NCBI RefSeq assembly: GCF_004010195.1
Contig: NC_057719.1
Coordinates: 32,303,153 to 32,355,733 of the forward strand
Reading direction: 5' to 3'
Length of the DNA: 52,581 bases
Source of the DNA: Chiloscyllium plagiosum
Lineage: Eukaryota
Below, in pieces: positions 36,854 to 49,862 of the stretch; within the stretch, counting starts at the first letter, position 1, and the number at the start of each line of letters is the position of its first letter. The notes under the pieces are model-generated. The model made no database searches. It was not told where the DNA came from and saw only the letters and a list, made by a program, of their open reading frames with translations. The translations under genes were made by a program, and so were the position numbers.

Positions 36854-37946
36854 TTTCAAATTGGCATTGTAGTTGTTGAGCCAACTAATGGAGTTTAGCA
36901 AATTCTCTAGCTCAGTGTTAGAGTACATAATAAGCCACTGATGACAATTTTATATTAAAAAATTATAATAGCAGAATAGTAACCTAAAAAAAAAAATAGA
37001 GCACACAGTCTAAAACAATACTTAATCAAAATGCTTTCAAAAAAATCTTAGGAACTGCAACATATGCAAATGAATTAGTTGATAGAATTTCATGATTGTT
37101 AATAATGATATGTATTAAATTTTCCAATCATTGGTTATGTATTGTGAGTGTTGAAATAAGTTAATGGAACTATACCATGCTGTTAATAATACTGTCATGA
37201 AGATATTTACAAGGAAAGCTAAAATTTTAGTCATTTTATGATTTTACCAAAATGATTTTAATGGGTTCTGTCCATACCTATGACATATGAATTAAAAATG
37301 TCCCAAACAATGTCCTTTAGAAAAATCTTACAAATGCAACAAACCGCAATTATGTCATGCCTTTTGTGTAATGAAACATTCCAAGGTACTACATGGGAGA
37401 ATTATGGAATAGTGCTCTATTGGCCGAACATGAAATCAAGGACCACATCGCCTGTGAAATCAAGGACCATGTCACCCAGTGCAGTGCTTGTAATGAGTAT
37501 CAAGCTAAGTCAGTTAGAGAACCAACGATGACATTTGGAATTCCAGAGAGATGAAGCTGTCAATAGATCTCTTTATACTTGCAGGAGCTGATTGTCTTGT
37601 CCCACTAGATTACTTTTCTGACTATTGGAGGTGGACCAGCTGACTTTGACAACTACCTCGACAACTACTTACATTGTTGAATGCCTAAATGCACACTTCA
37701 GCCATTGTGGCTTTTCTGACATTGTGATAAGCAATTATGGTCCTTCATTCATGAATGAAGAATGCATTCATTTCATAAACAACTAAAAAATTCAACTCCA
37801 CCCACATTATCCCCAGTCTAATGGCAAGCCTGACATGGCAGTGAACATTGCCAAAGGAATCATAAAGAAATTGAGTGAATCCAGCACAGATGTATACAAG
37901 GAGAACACTTACTAAATTCATTGAAAGTCCCACACAAAGACCAATG

Positions 37947-38711
37947 AGTTTTGAGAAGATTTGTAGCTCAGGTTGAGGTTCTGGATGCAGGTTTGCTCGC
38001 TGAGCTAGAAGGCTCATTTTCAGATGTTTCATCACCATACTAGTTAACTTCTTCAGTGAGCTTCCAAATGAAGCACTGGTAGTGTAGCCCACTTTCTATT
38101 TCTATGTTTGGGTTTCCTTAGGTTAGTGATGTCATTTCCCATGGTGATATCATTTCCTATTGTGATGTCATATCCATTCTTTTTCTGAGTGGGTGTAAAA
38201 TGGGATCCATGTCAATGTGTTTGTTGATAGAGCTCCAGTTGGAATGCCATTCTTCTAGGAATTCTCATGCATGTCTCTGCTCGGCTGGTCCTAGGATGAA
38301 TGTGTTGTCCCAGTCGAAGTCTTCTCCTTCCTCATCCATATGCAAGGATACTAGTGAGAGTGGGTCATGTCTTTTTGTGGCTAGTTGATGTTCATGTATC
38401 CTGGTGGGTAGTTTTATGCCTGTTTCTCCAATGTTGTGTTTGTTACAGTTCTTGCAAGCTATTTTGTAAATTACACTAGTTTTGCTTGTTGTCTATATGA
38501 ACAGGAAAACGAACAGGAAATGACATCACCATAGGAAATTGTATCATCACAGGAAATGACATCACCGACCCAAGGAAACTCAAACATATGAGTAGAAAGT
38601 GGGCTGGACCACCAGTGCTTCATCTGGCAGCTCACTGAAGACGTTACCTAGTATGGTGACGAAACGTCTGGAAACTAACCTTTCAGCTCAGCGAGCAAAG
38701 CTCCATCCAGA
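37947..38711 (-). mobile_element. Truncated PLE (GIY-YIG and 3'UTR) with an inverted terminal duplication
   Basis: Minus strand VIYKIACKNCNKHNIGETG..RIHEH..FDWDN. ~38510-38711 is the reverse complement of ~37980-38170. TSD ACAAAGAC(C/T)AATG at 37934-37946 and 38712-38724. Confidence 0.9.
38631..38672 (+). ncRNA. Minimal hammerhead ribozyme motif
   Basis: CUGAAGA-C-GUUACC-UAGUAU-GGUGAC-GAAAC-GUC. Confidence 0.75.
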
Positions 38712-40089
38712 ACAAAGACTAATGTCATACTGCCTACAAATGACTTCCACTCTTAAAGAAACTTCTGAAGCCAGAAGTGGTCGCAAAAGTGTGTGCTAAA
38801 GCCAAGTGATAGAACTGTGAAAAGCTAAATTTAATTTTGATAAGACTGCTAAACCCCATTGCCAGTGTTGGGCATGAGGGAATCGGTCAAGGTACAAACC
38901 TTTAATATTCTTAACAAAAGCAAGACAAAGTGGTAATTTGGGACCTGCACGGAGCGGTTGTCACCTTGATTGTAAGCACTGACAGTGAATGACCAGCTTT
39001 ACCATTATAATCTCAAGCACATCTGCCCAAATGGAGAAACAGTTACTGGTCGGCAGATGTCTGATCTGGAAAAGGCGAATGCATCATCAGCAAAGACCAC
39101 GCATCAACCATTAGACCAAGAATCCACAGCAATCCATCATAGAAAGGGAATAATAGGAAACACCATAACAATAACAAATAACACAAGGATGACATTCTGT
39201 AGGGAAGCAACAACATTAAGATAAATTGTCAATGACAACAATACGCATGCATTACAAGTAAGAGACCAACATGGACTACATGTACAATATATATGCATAA
39301 TCTGATGGGAATAATGAACTGTCAAGGCATGAGAATAGTCATCAATATATATTGTAACTTGCATCTTAAGCTCACTTCAAAAAAAATTCTTGTGATGAAT
39401 ACAATATTGCACAAAAAAACATACTGTTGATGTAGAGAGGTCAGGTGTATCACATTATTAAAGAGAGGTTGTTCAAATCTAAGATTATTTCAAAATAATA
39501 TTTATTCACATTATACCAAATAGATCAATTTAGTCTTAACACATGATCCAAACTTCAGGATGGGCTGGGAATCTCCAGCACACTTCACCAGAAATAAAAA
39601 TATTGAAAACAAGAGAAAAAAGCTGTTTGGCTGACAGTTAAGCATTGTTCAATTATGTATTTTAAAAAAAAATTCCAGTTGATGTAGGGAGTTAGTGAAT
39701 CCTAAGGTTGGATGTATTGGTTAACCAATGGTTGGAGCTTGGGGGCAAGTCATGTATTGAAACCTCCAGGAATAGATTCATTTGGAGCTGGCAATCTTAC
39801 TCGTGCTTCTTTCTTCATTGTCATTTCATCATAATGTGACATATTATATCATCACTGATGTATCTTTTCTTATTTACAAAGTAGGTGTGAATCCTTTACT
39901 CAACAGTAAAGTGATTAAAACTGGGAATGCTCATCAGGCCAGACTTTACATAGCAGTGATGTCGATGTTGTAACACTGAAGAAGATTACAGAATGCTGGA
40001 GTGGCAAGGCCCTGAAACTATTTGCAAACATGGTTCAGAATTTGTAGTTCAGGTGCTATTTAACTGGGAGCTAATATAGGTAAGTGAGT

Positions 40090-40760
40090 ACAAAAATGAT
40101 TGGTGAAAGAGTAAGTTTAGATAATGGATAGGAGAGTTTTCAATTATTTAACTTGATAATGGATAGAACATGGAAGACTTGAAGAAATTACATTGGAGTT
40201 AACAGCTCTAGAGATAACAAAGGCTTGGATAAATGTTTCAATAGAAGATATTTGAATGAAGGTTGAATTCATGCATAAATGCAGAGGTAAACATAGGCAG
40301 CCTTAGTAATGGTACAAATGTATGAGAGAAAGCTCATCATTAGGTTAAATATGATGCCTAGAATATGAGCAGTTTGGATTCAGCCTTGGTTGTTGTCAAT
40401 TTGAGGGATTGAATTCAGTGACAATGGAACAGACTCTGTGACAAGGACCAATCGCAATATCTTCTATTTTTCCAATATTGCACTGGTGGATGTTTCTCTT
40501 CATGTTGGATATTAGCCAGAAACCCTTGAGACAGAAGAGTGTTCAAGAAAGCTTGAGGAGAGGTAGCAGGGAGGCTGTGCTGGGTGTGGTCAATACATAA
40601 CTGATGCTATATTTTTGGATGATGTCACTGAGATTTAAATATGAAATAGAAAAGGGGACAAGAATGAATCCTTGGGAACACTAAAGCTATTGGTTTGGGA
40701 GTGTGAAGAGAAGCCATTGCAGGGATTCCTTGGCAACTACTGGATAGATATAAATAAAAT
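40090..40760 (-). mobile_element. Old L2-like LINE RT fragment
   Basis: Minus strand YLS....CNGFSSHS....SVPKDS.L.P.LF (decayed GVPQGSILGPLLF), then DII and a decayed YADDTQL region. Confidence 0.65.
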
Positions 40761-40967
40761 TATGGAGAAGAGGGTTAATAATCTACTCAATACATGGTCA
40801 GCCAAAGTCTGTTCTGATGTAAGTGAGCACATGTTAGCAGATTCCAGAGAGAAATTATTCTCTGGAAAAACCAAAACAGAAATTTCTGGAGAAATCAGAC
40901 ACCTTGTAGCATCTGAGGAGAGGAACCACAGTTGTTTTGAGTACAGTGAGCATTATTCAGAATGAGG

Positions 40968-41168
40968 TGAGCTCAGTTGCTGGATGGCTGGTTTGTGATG
41001 TAGAGTGATGCCAGTGGCATTAGTTCAATTCCTATACTGGCTGAGGCTACTATGAAGGACTCTCCCTCTCAACCTCTCTCCTTATAAGGTGACCGTCAGG
41101 TTAAACCACCACCAAAAATTTGTGTCTGATAAGAGAGTGGCCCATTAAAGTGCAAACACAGCCTTTAC
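40968..41168 (+). mobile_element. tRNA-derived SINE (non-HE1)
   Basis: gagctcagttgctgg (A-box-like) and agttcaattcc (B-box-like), then ggctgagg..catgaagg-like and caggttaaaccaccacc blocks. Confidence 0.65.
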
Positions 41169-41174
41169 TGAATC

Positions 41175-41790
41175 TGCAAAATTCTGCTTACTAACATTTG
41201 GGAGCTAGTGCCAAGATTGGGAGCGTTGTCTCATAGTTTAGTGAAGTGACAACATAATCTGTCATACTCATAGACTCATACTTTACACATAATGCCCCTG
41301 ACAACACTACAACCATCCTTAGGCATGTCCTATCATATCAGCCCAGCAGAGGTGAAAAAGCATTGGTACATGGTGAAGTAGGAATTATCCACAAAGGCCT
41401 CAAGATTAAATCTGAACTCATATGGATTAGCAAGTAGCAATGGAGAGTGCAGAAAGACATGCCAGGGGATGCTGATGCTTGTACAATGATCAGCACCGTT
41501 TGCGAGTCCTCAGATACTGAAACAGTTCATGTTCAAATGATCCAAGATCTGGGCAGTATTCAGTCTTTGACTGATGAGTAGAAAATAATGTTCATGCTAT
41601 GCTTTTGCGAGGAAATGGCACTATTTCCAACAAAAGCGAATTTAACTTAACATTCAATGGTACCACTGTCACTGAATTCCCCCATTACAAATGTCTTTGT
41701 GTTTCAACTGACCAGAAAATGAACTGGAATAGCCTTACCAATACTGTAGCTGCAGGAGCAGGTCAGAGGTAAGGAATCCTACAGCAAGTA
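41175..41790 (+). mobile_element. Internally deleted old CR1-group LINE (EN N-terminus joined to RT C-terminus)
   Basis: LTNIWELVPRLGALSHSLVK..VILIDSYF (APE start), then a decayed ADD region with QDLGSIQ. Confidence 0.6.
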
Positions 41791-43215
41791 ATTTCTCTTG
41801 ATCTTGTTAGTCTGTGTAAAAATTTCATTCCTTTCACCACTGACACACAGCCTTTCATTACCTTGATCTGTCTATCTCTGCAGTCTCATGGTTCAATGTC
41901 CATTTCCTTAGTTACTTTCATTCAAAGCAATTTGTAAAAACTGTGCATTTTTGTCTATACTAAATTGTTTTCAACCTGTATATTCCATTGCTAAAAACAG
42001 TATGAAAGTAGATGGCACCAGAGAGAGGGTAGGATTCAAGTGGGCACAATGGTAAAGTTCACCTCAGATCAGCTGCCTGTTAGTCATTCGGTTCAACTTG
42101 CTTAAAAACCTGATTCAATATCACCCGTTTGCTACTTGAGCCAAATTTGAAGATTTCACAGGGATTTCTCAAAGGAAATTTTTCAAACTGGATTAAGGAT
42201 TATTCACAGGCGTGAATGGATAATGCTGAAGAGAATGTTAAGTTTAAGCTTTCATTTTGAATTAGTCATTGCATTTAGTGAATTTTATTTTGCCATTTTC
42301 ACAATTGTGTACATTTATTATTGTTAAATATTCTCCTGATGTAGTTCTGAACAATGCACTGAGTTCCTGCCTTTTCTTTTGCAAGGTCAGCAATGAGTCA
42401 CCAGAATGAGTTTAAAAGTTAGAATGCAAATGTGGAGTGCTGAAGTTGCCTGCTATTTCTGTGAGTTACTGAGAGGCTTATCGGGTCATTAATTGGCTGA
42501 GTCCTGGGCACTCAAGAGCTTTGTCTCACAGAATTATAATAAAAGCCAATATTCATTTGGAAGACAGCCAGTGTGTGAATTTCAGAGCTGGCAGCATGCG
42601 TTTAAAAAGTGTTCATTGCTGCCTAACAAACGAAACAGAACTAGGTTACAGTTATAACAAATAAGTGTTAGCACTTAAAGAGTAAAATAGATAAAAACAA
42701 ATAAATTGCTCTATTTTGAATGTTGTAGTGATTGTCTGTTTTCTTTTGTTGTTCAAGATGGCAGTGTGACCTATATCTGTTATTATATTGTGACGGTTTG
42801 CATGTCCACCACACAGCCAGGGGTGAATTGACTGATTTGGCTGGAATTGCCGAGCTTGGCTTTTGTCCTTTGTTGCCTGTATGCCTTGCTGTTTGAAGGA
42901 AACCATGCTACTGTTTGAGATTGCTCCCGAGGTACTACATTCCGTTTACATTTTTCGCCTAGTCTGTAGCAAACATCACATATCTCCTGACATTCATTTT
43001 CAAGGTCTTGAACCTGATTCTCAGTCCACGTTACAGGTGGCATCCAAGTTTAATTGTGAATATATGACCACCATTGGGGTTTTATTATTAGTCATACATG
43101 TTTGTTCATTCCTTCTGAGACATTACTGCTCCTTGATGTCCCTCAGAATTGGACTCTTTAACCTTCCATTTAAATTCCATGAAGTCCAAATGGAACCTGA
43201 CCAACTGCTTAATAT

Positions 43216-43339
43216 GCTGAAAATATGTTGCTGGAAAAGCGCAGCAGGTCAGGCAGCATCCAAGAATGCCTGACCTGCTGCCCTTTTCTAGCAACACATT
43301 TTCAGCTCTGATCTCCAGCATCTACAGTCCTCACTTTCT
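43216..43339 (+). mobile_element. 124 bp fold-back PLE-terminal insertion
   Basis: ~40 bp inverted repeat (43216-43255 with 43267-43306) and a perfect 15 bp TSD CCAACTGCTTAATAT (43201-43215, 43340-43354). Confidence 0.9.
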
Positions 43340-44349
43340 CCAACTGCTTAATATATCTGGAATGGGAAGTCCATCTCTCACAGGCAAATAGGGTGATAGA
43401 TATTACCATGGCTTTAACTGCACGTATAGCCTGTTTCCTCCTTAGTCTCTTACAAACAAATGCTGACGTTGTTGTAGCAATTTTTGGCCAATACAGACAT
43501 TTCTGGATATTGTGTTTCAAGATAGGTGAAGGTATCCCTAGCCTTTGGGGTTCTGTCATTGATTGTTATAGTCGGTGGGGTATACTGTAGTCAGAATTTG
43601 ACAGTGGAGGTTGGTGGGGTATCTCTAACCTCCTTAAGCTAATGGTTAACTAATATTATCAGCTGCTTTTAACAAAAAAGTCATGATCCTTGAAGACCAC
43701 AAAGTGATATGAGGGGACAATCATCACTGTATCATCATCTTTGATATCCTGGTTGATGATTACAGTCATCTCAGATTTACCGTCTGTTCTGAATTGGATG
43801 CAGATTCCATCAACATTTCCATCAAATACACCAGAAAGGACAGCAAAGAATTTATTGACGAGTACATTGGTTATGTGCTCCACATCACTGGTTATATCAA
43901 AGGGGTCAGTACATTCACTACTGTCAGTGACTTTGGCTGTCATTTTCCCATGGAGCTGCTTTATCAGATTAGCAGCTCTATATGACATTTAAGTTTGGTT
44001 AAGACAGTCCACGAGGCTTTTTATTTACTGTGCCATAGGCCTTCATTGGGTCAACAAAGGCACTAGAGCCCTAACTGTTTTTCACAGCATTTCTCTCATT
44101 GTTGCTGAAGGGTGAAGATTATGTCGCTTATGCCTGTCCCTTTCCACAAGCCTCTTTGATTTTCTGGCATTGTACGTTCTACTAAGTGGCTTAACAATCT
44201 ATTAAGCTGAATTTTGCCTTGCATTTTATCAGCTCAATCAGGCAGCAAGATTCCTCTATTATTACTCACAGATATTTGTCTTTTTCCTTTGTACAAGTGA
44301 ACAATCATGGTATTCTTGAAATCCAAATGAAAGGTCTCATTTTATGGTA

Positions 44350-44573
44350 GCCATGATGTGGAGGAGCAGGTGTTGGACAGGAATGGACAAAGTTAAAAAT
44401 CACACAACACCAGGTTATAGTCCAACAGGTTTATTTGGAAGCACTAGCTTTCGGAGCACTGCTCCTTCATAAAGTGGTTGTGGAGCAAGACCATAAGAGA
44501 CAGAATTTATAACAAATCTTTTTCTATCAAATAAACCTGTTGGATTATAACCAGGTGTTGTGTGATTTTTAAC
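44350..44573 (-). mobile_element. Mini-PLE terminus with an inverted duplication
   Basis: ~44392-44436 is the reverse complement of ~44528-44573. Decayed hammerhead at ~44442-44475. TSD CTCATT(T/C)T(A/G)TGGTA at 44336-44349 and 44574-44587. Confidence 0.85.
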
Positions 44574-45789
44574 CTCATTCTGTGGTATAATTGTAAGAGT
44601 TTGTCAGATTACTGGAGTCCCCCAGATTTTTTAATTTCCTCTTGGAGTCCTGTTTAAATCAAGAGCTATCCTTGAGGATGGTGATCTGATGTCTTTGTCA
44701 ACCTCCATGACAGAGAGATTATTGTTTACATTTTCACATTTGGATGAGTCTGGACACTTGTCTAGATCTAGCCCATTCATGGTTTAGCACAATCATAAAG
44801 TTTAGCCCAGTGCTCTTTAATAACCATGAGCTGAGATTTCTTATAAATATTGAGAGCAAGTGAGTTACAGTTTGAAGGAGGACCATGTACAGACTTAAGG
44901 GCTACAGACATTCCTCAGGTCATATTGGTCATTGAAGCTCTCTGCCTCGTTTGGCCTACCATGTTTCTTAGAACTCAGAGCTTCTGTTGCAGATTCCTTT
45001 TGCTCTCCTAGAGTGAAATCTCAGTAGTGTACATACCAGTTTTCCCAATTAAGTTGCATTTTTCTCCTGTCACAATTCAGTGCTTTCTTTTGTGTTTCTA
45101 GTAAATCATTAACATGTTGTAGAAATGTTGATTTTTAGCTACTTCAGTATCATTACTCAGATGGTTTTTGCCCTGTAGATGCCAGTTTCTGCACTTCTCA
45201 GGTGGATTACAATTAAAGTAGCGATATCAAAGGTATTACAATAGCTCCCTGCCAAACTAAGTAAGTCTGTGCTTGGAGCAAGACCAAGTTGGTGGAATCT
45301 TACAGCCATCTAAACAACACAAGCTGTGACAATGTTTCTGGGGAAAACAATGAATAATGTGATAAACCACCAGGGGGAGCAGGAGCAGTGTTCTGTGGTG
45401 AGGGCTGAAGACACTGGGGAGGAGGAAGCTCTTCTTGCAGATGGCAGCTATATTAGGGAGACAAGACAGATAGGGTTTCACTGACACAAAAACAAATTTG
45501 CTGGAAAATCTCAGCAGGTCTGGTAGCAGTAGTGGAGAGAAATCAGAGTTAACATTGAAGGTCCAGTGACCCTTCTTCACAGAACTGATGGTAGCTGGGA
45601 AAGGGTTTATTTTTATGCAGGGGCTAGGGTGAGTGAAAGGAGAAAGGAGTAAATGATAGGTGGAGATAGAGCTCAAAGACAGAGAAGACAAAGGAGTGGA
45701 TAACTATCAGCCTGGAGAATGAATAGCTACTTGTAGGGTCTATTAATGACTAACAATGGATTGCGTGTAATAGCAGGCCAGATGATAAC

Positions 45790-46150
45790 CCTCCAACCAC
45801 AAGGCATCAATGTAACTTCATCAGTTCTCTCATGTCCCCTCCTCCCACCTCATCCCAGATCCAATCCTCCAACTCGGCATTGCCCTCTTGAACTGTCCTA
45901 TCTGTCCAAGTTCCTTCCCACCTATCTGCTCCACCCTCCCATCCAATCCATTACCATCACCCCCACCTGCATCTACCTATCACCTTTCCAGCTCCCTCAT
46001 TCTCCCACCCCATCTCCACCCTCACCCTCCTATTTATCTCCCAGCCCTCTCCGACATTCCTGAGGAAGGTCTTATGCCCGAAACTTTGATTCTCCTGCTT
46101 CTCGGATGATGCCTGACCTTGCTGTGCTTTTCTAGCACCACACTTATTGA
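45790..46150 (+). mobile_element. PLE 3' fragment inserted in reverse into the PLE above
   Basis: Perfect 11 bp TSD CAGATGATAAC (45779-45789, 46151-46161); hammerhead-like cctgaggaaggtcttatgcccgaaac at 46059-46084. Confidence 0.85.
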
Positions 46151-47012
46151 CAGATGATAACAAGGCTTCATGTGTGTTTTTGGGATAAGGACAGGTGAGA
46201 AGATGCCTCAAGCCTTAAAATTGTTGAACTCATTATTGAGTCCAGGAGGCTTCAGAGTACCCAAGTGGAAAATGAGATGCTGTTTCCCCCGTTTCACTGA
46301 GCATCGCTGGAGCACTGCAGCAAGCCTGAGATAGGGACATTGACCAGGGAACAAGGTGGTATGTTGAAATGACAGGCAACTGGAAGCTCAGGGTCTTTTT
46401 TGCGGGCAGAACATTGATGTTCTGCAAAGTGGTCATCCAGTCTACGCTTTGTTTCTCCAGTGTAGAGGAGACCACATTGTGAGCAATGAATGCAGTAGAC
46501 TAGATTGTATGAAGTGCAGATAAAGTGCTGCTTCACCTGTAAGGTATGTTTGGGCCCTTGGATACTGGGGAGAGAGCTAAATGGGCATGTGTTATACCTT
46601 CTGCTATTTTAGGGAAAAGTATTGTGAGGCTGTGGGGGTCATTGTTGGAAGTGAAGGAGGAATGAATCAGGTATTCTGGAAAGAATGGTCCTCTTGGAAG
46701 GCTGACAAGGGAGGAGAGGGGAATATGTGTCTGGTGGTGGCATCTCGCTGGAGGTGGCGGAAGCAGCGGCTGATGATCTTCTGGATGTGGATGCTGGTGG
46801 GATAGAAGGTGAGGCCAAGGGGAACCCTACTGCTGTTGTGGGAGGGGAGTGAGGGGGTGAGGGTGGAAGTGCGGGAGATGGGTCAGACCCGGCTGAATGC
46901 CCTGTCAATTATGGTACTGGGGAATCCTCAATTGTGGAAGAAGGTGAAATTTTGGAGGGCCCCCTTGTTGAAATTGGCATCATTAGAACAGATGTGACAG
47001 AGACAGAGGAAG

Positions 47013-47629
47013 ACCATAAATCCATGAGACATTGGAGCAGAAATTAGGCCTTTTGACCCATCGAGTCTGCTCCGCCATTCAATCATGGCTGATAAGTTTC
47101 TCAACTTCAATCTCCTGCTTCCTCCCTGTAACCTTTGATTCCCATGACAATCAAGAACCGGTCTATCTCAGCCTTAAATATACTCAATGACCTGGCCTCC
47201 ACAGCCTTCTGTGGCAATTTAATTCCATTGATTCCCCACTCTCTGGCTGAAGAGGTTTCTCCTTATCTCCGTTCTAAAGGATCTTCCCTTTACTGTAAGG
47301 CTGTGTCCTCGGGTCCTAGTCTCTCCTGCCAATGGAAACATCTTCCCAACATCCATTCTGTCCAGAGCATTCAGTATTCTATGGTTCAACTAGATCCCCC
47401 TCATCCTTCTAAACTCCAATGAATATAGACCTAGAGTCCTCAAACATTCTTCATAAGTTAAGCTTTTCATTCCTGGTATCATTCTTGTGAACCTCCTGTG
47501 GATCTGCTCCAGAGCCAGTACATCCTTCCTGAGATATGAGGCCCAAAATTGTTCGTAAGATTCAAATTTGGTCTCCCCAGCGCCTTTTAGAGCTTCAGAA
47601 TTACATCCCTGTTACATTCTAGTCCTCTT
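47013..47629 (-). mobile_element. CR1 3' fragment nested in the PLE
   Basis: ccatgagacattggagcagaaattaggcc..ccattcaatcatggctgat tail; ggaa occurs on both sides. Confidence 0.88.
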
Positions 47630-48862
47630 GGAACTGGGAGAATAGAATTTTTTTTTACAGGAAGCAGGAATAAGACTGGAACAAAGAATGTTCCATGTAA
47701 CCCGCAAAGACCCGCATAACTGAGGCCCACGTGGGTACGCATGATCACCCCTTTGACCTGAAGAAGGTGAGAGGAGTTAAAAGTGAATTTGTTCAGAGTG
47801 AGGATGAGCTCGGCCAGTCAGAGGAGGATGGTGGTGGATGGGATGTTCAAGCATTTACTCCAAGAAGAAGTGGAGAGCCCTGAGACCAACCTGATGGGGG
47901 ATGGCTGCGTAAAGGGACTGCACATCCATGCTAAAGAGGAGGCAGTTTGAACCCACAAACTGAAAAATTTGCACTAATGTAAAGCATCAGAGGAATCACA
48001 GAGCTAAGTGGGAAGAGACTGGACAAGGGGAGTCGAGGTAGGAAGAAATGAGTTCGGTGGTGCAGGAGCAGGCAGAAACAATGGTTCTGTTTGTGAATTT
48101 TGGGAAGAAGCTGTGTTAATAGTTAATGAGGTGCATTTGATAAGATACAGTGAGAAACCTTGCTGGCCTTTCATTGAGAATCCCTCCAGAAAACTTAAGC
48201 AAAAAGTGGTAAGGTTCAACCTGTTTTCCTTATCATGTGGAGTTTGCATGTTCTAAGAAACAAATTAGACATCATTTTCTTCTGCTTTTATCTCAGTTAC
48301 AATGTACTGGACTGGGTGGGCAAATATTACAGGGATGTATTTTAGGATATAATGGGTTACATATTCAAGAATCATTAAGGTATACCCATAAGAAACATCT
48401 CTGGCTGAGGTGACGATAGTGGAAGTGGATTGAGCTTGGCCAGACACATCCAGTCCTGATGGCTTGATAAATCAAGATGACTGGAGATGCAGTTGACTGT
48501 AGCACCTTCTGTGGACTTGCTAATGAACTTTGCAGTTGTTCTGCATACTTTCAGAGCTAGTATGAAATTAAATTTCCTCTTCTAAATTATATTTACACCT
48601 CAGAAGAGATTTTTGTACATAGATATTCTCCCTAATATCAGCCTGCATGGCATCTGTATTGGTCTATGAACCAACACAATTACCTCTGGGTGTTCTGGTT
48701 TCCTTCCACAGTCAATCTGTGTTTGTCTTTCCACAGATTGGCCATGATAAATTGCCAAACTATGCAGGTGTTTTGAAGGTGTAGAGGTGTACTGTACCTT
48801 TAATAGAGTTGAAAAGCTAGCAAGGACTGACAAAGCACAGAGAGTTCTGAACAAGGTAATAA

Positions 48863-49503
48863 TGTAACACTTGGTCAAAACAAATAGGAGCAACTAGGTT
48901 GTCATGAAACAAAACAAATTCAAATTTGGCCAAACAGTTTAAATTATGCCCCAAGATACCAAAATCCAATCAAATTTGAATTTAGTATTTGGATAATATT
49001 AAAACCAATGAAACGATCTGATGTTTTTAGTTATAAAAGTGGACATTTTGAACAGTTAGGGGGAGAACTGCCAAAGACCAACAAATGTAGACTGCTAGCT
49101 GAAGAGTTCTCTGAAATGTACCTGTCTGTGGGGAGTCTGCACAGCAGAACATTGAGGCCGACCTGAAGAGAATCTACAGAGGAAAATCTACAGAGGAGAA
49201 TTGCCAAAGCTGACTGGTTTTGAAACATGTTTTTTTTTGTAAATCTTAATTGGGATTTCTTTTATTGGACTAGTATTATAGACTGGGAGGTAAAAGATAG
49301 GTTTAAGAGAAAGGAGTTGTAAATAATTGTTGGTTTTAATATTCCCTGTTGGACTTAAAGAATAAAGTTGTTAATTTTTATTTTAAATAGTGACCTCTGG
49401 GATAGTTTTTTGCCTCTTGAATTTTGACAGATTACAGCACAAAGTGAATCTTTTATGCGTGACTGGTTTAAAATAGCAGAGGGGTTTACCCCATGTCACA
49501 ACA
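48863..49503 (+). mobile_element. Probable solo LTR (5' boundary uncertain)
   Basis: CCAAT at 48966 and 49005, TATAAAA at 49032, AATAAA at 49361, and a ..ccccatgtcacaACA terminus. No TSD found. Confidence 0.55.
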
Positions 49504-49654
49504 TCAGGGATGTGCAGACTAGTTGGATTAGTCATGGGAAATGCAAGGTTGTGGGGATAGGATCAGGAGTGGGCCTGGGTGTGATGTCCTTTGGAGATTC
49601 AATGTGGACCAAAGGGCCAAAAGGCCCTTCCATACTGTAGGGATTCTATGATTC
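49504..49654 (+). mobile_element. 3' half of an HE1-like SINE
   Basis: gatgtgcag..tagttggattagtcatgggaaatg...aagggccaaaaggccc..actgtagggattctatgattc. Confidence 0.75.
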
Positions 49655-49737
49655 AGTGTCATGCACTAACTGCTACACAGCAGGTACTGGGTAAATGTTG
49701 AGGATCAGCTGTAGTTATCCAACCTATGAAGTGAGAT

Positions 49738-49862
49738 GTTCTGAAGAAGTCATATCAGAACTCAAAATGTTAACTCTGTTTGTCTTTCCACAGATGCAAC
49801 TTGACAGGCTGAGTTTCTCCAGCATTTGTTTGCATTTTTCTCACATTCCCAGCATCTACTTT
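49738..49862 (+). mobile_element. PLE-terminal fragment with a decayed hammerhead
   Basis: ttctgaagaagtcat..actcaaaatgttaactctgttt..ccacagatgc..gctgagtttctccagcatt. Confidence 0.7.

Larger units (their letters stand above)
37300..39050 (+). mobile_element. Degenerate Ty3/Gypsy integrase relic, split by a PLE
   Basis: YWPNM, CSAC, IDLF, LDYFS, VISNYGP (SDNGP-like) and HYPQSNG; SPTQRLMS is rebuilt when the PLE is removed. Confidence 0.8.
42770..45250 (-). mobile_element. Degenerate RTE-clade LINE
   Basis: FVDPMKAYGTVNKKASW (DLTKAFDTVNR-like), DIIFTLQQ..EKC, LIKQLHGKMTAKV..DPFDITS, I.FRTDGK, TLFACERWT..IKQLE. The 5' boundary is uncertain. Confidence 0.8.
45484..48110 (-). mobile_element. Penelope-like element (partial RT, GIY-YIG, 3'UTR) with two nested insertions
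   Basis: FICTSYNLVYCIHCSQCGLLYTGETKRRLDDHFAEH (46294-46536); MDVQSLYAAIPHQ (~47890-47930); KGVIMRTHVGLSYA (GVAMGT-like, ~47715-47755). Confidence 0.88.

Noticed and set aside
37431..37478. 24 bp tandem duplication
   Set aside because: Local slippage inside the dead Gypsy integrase.
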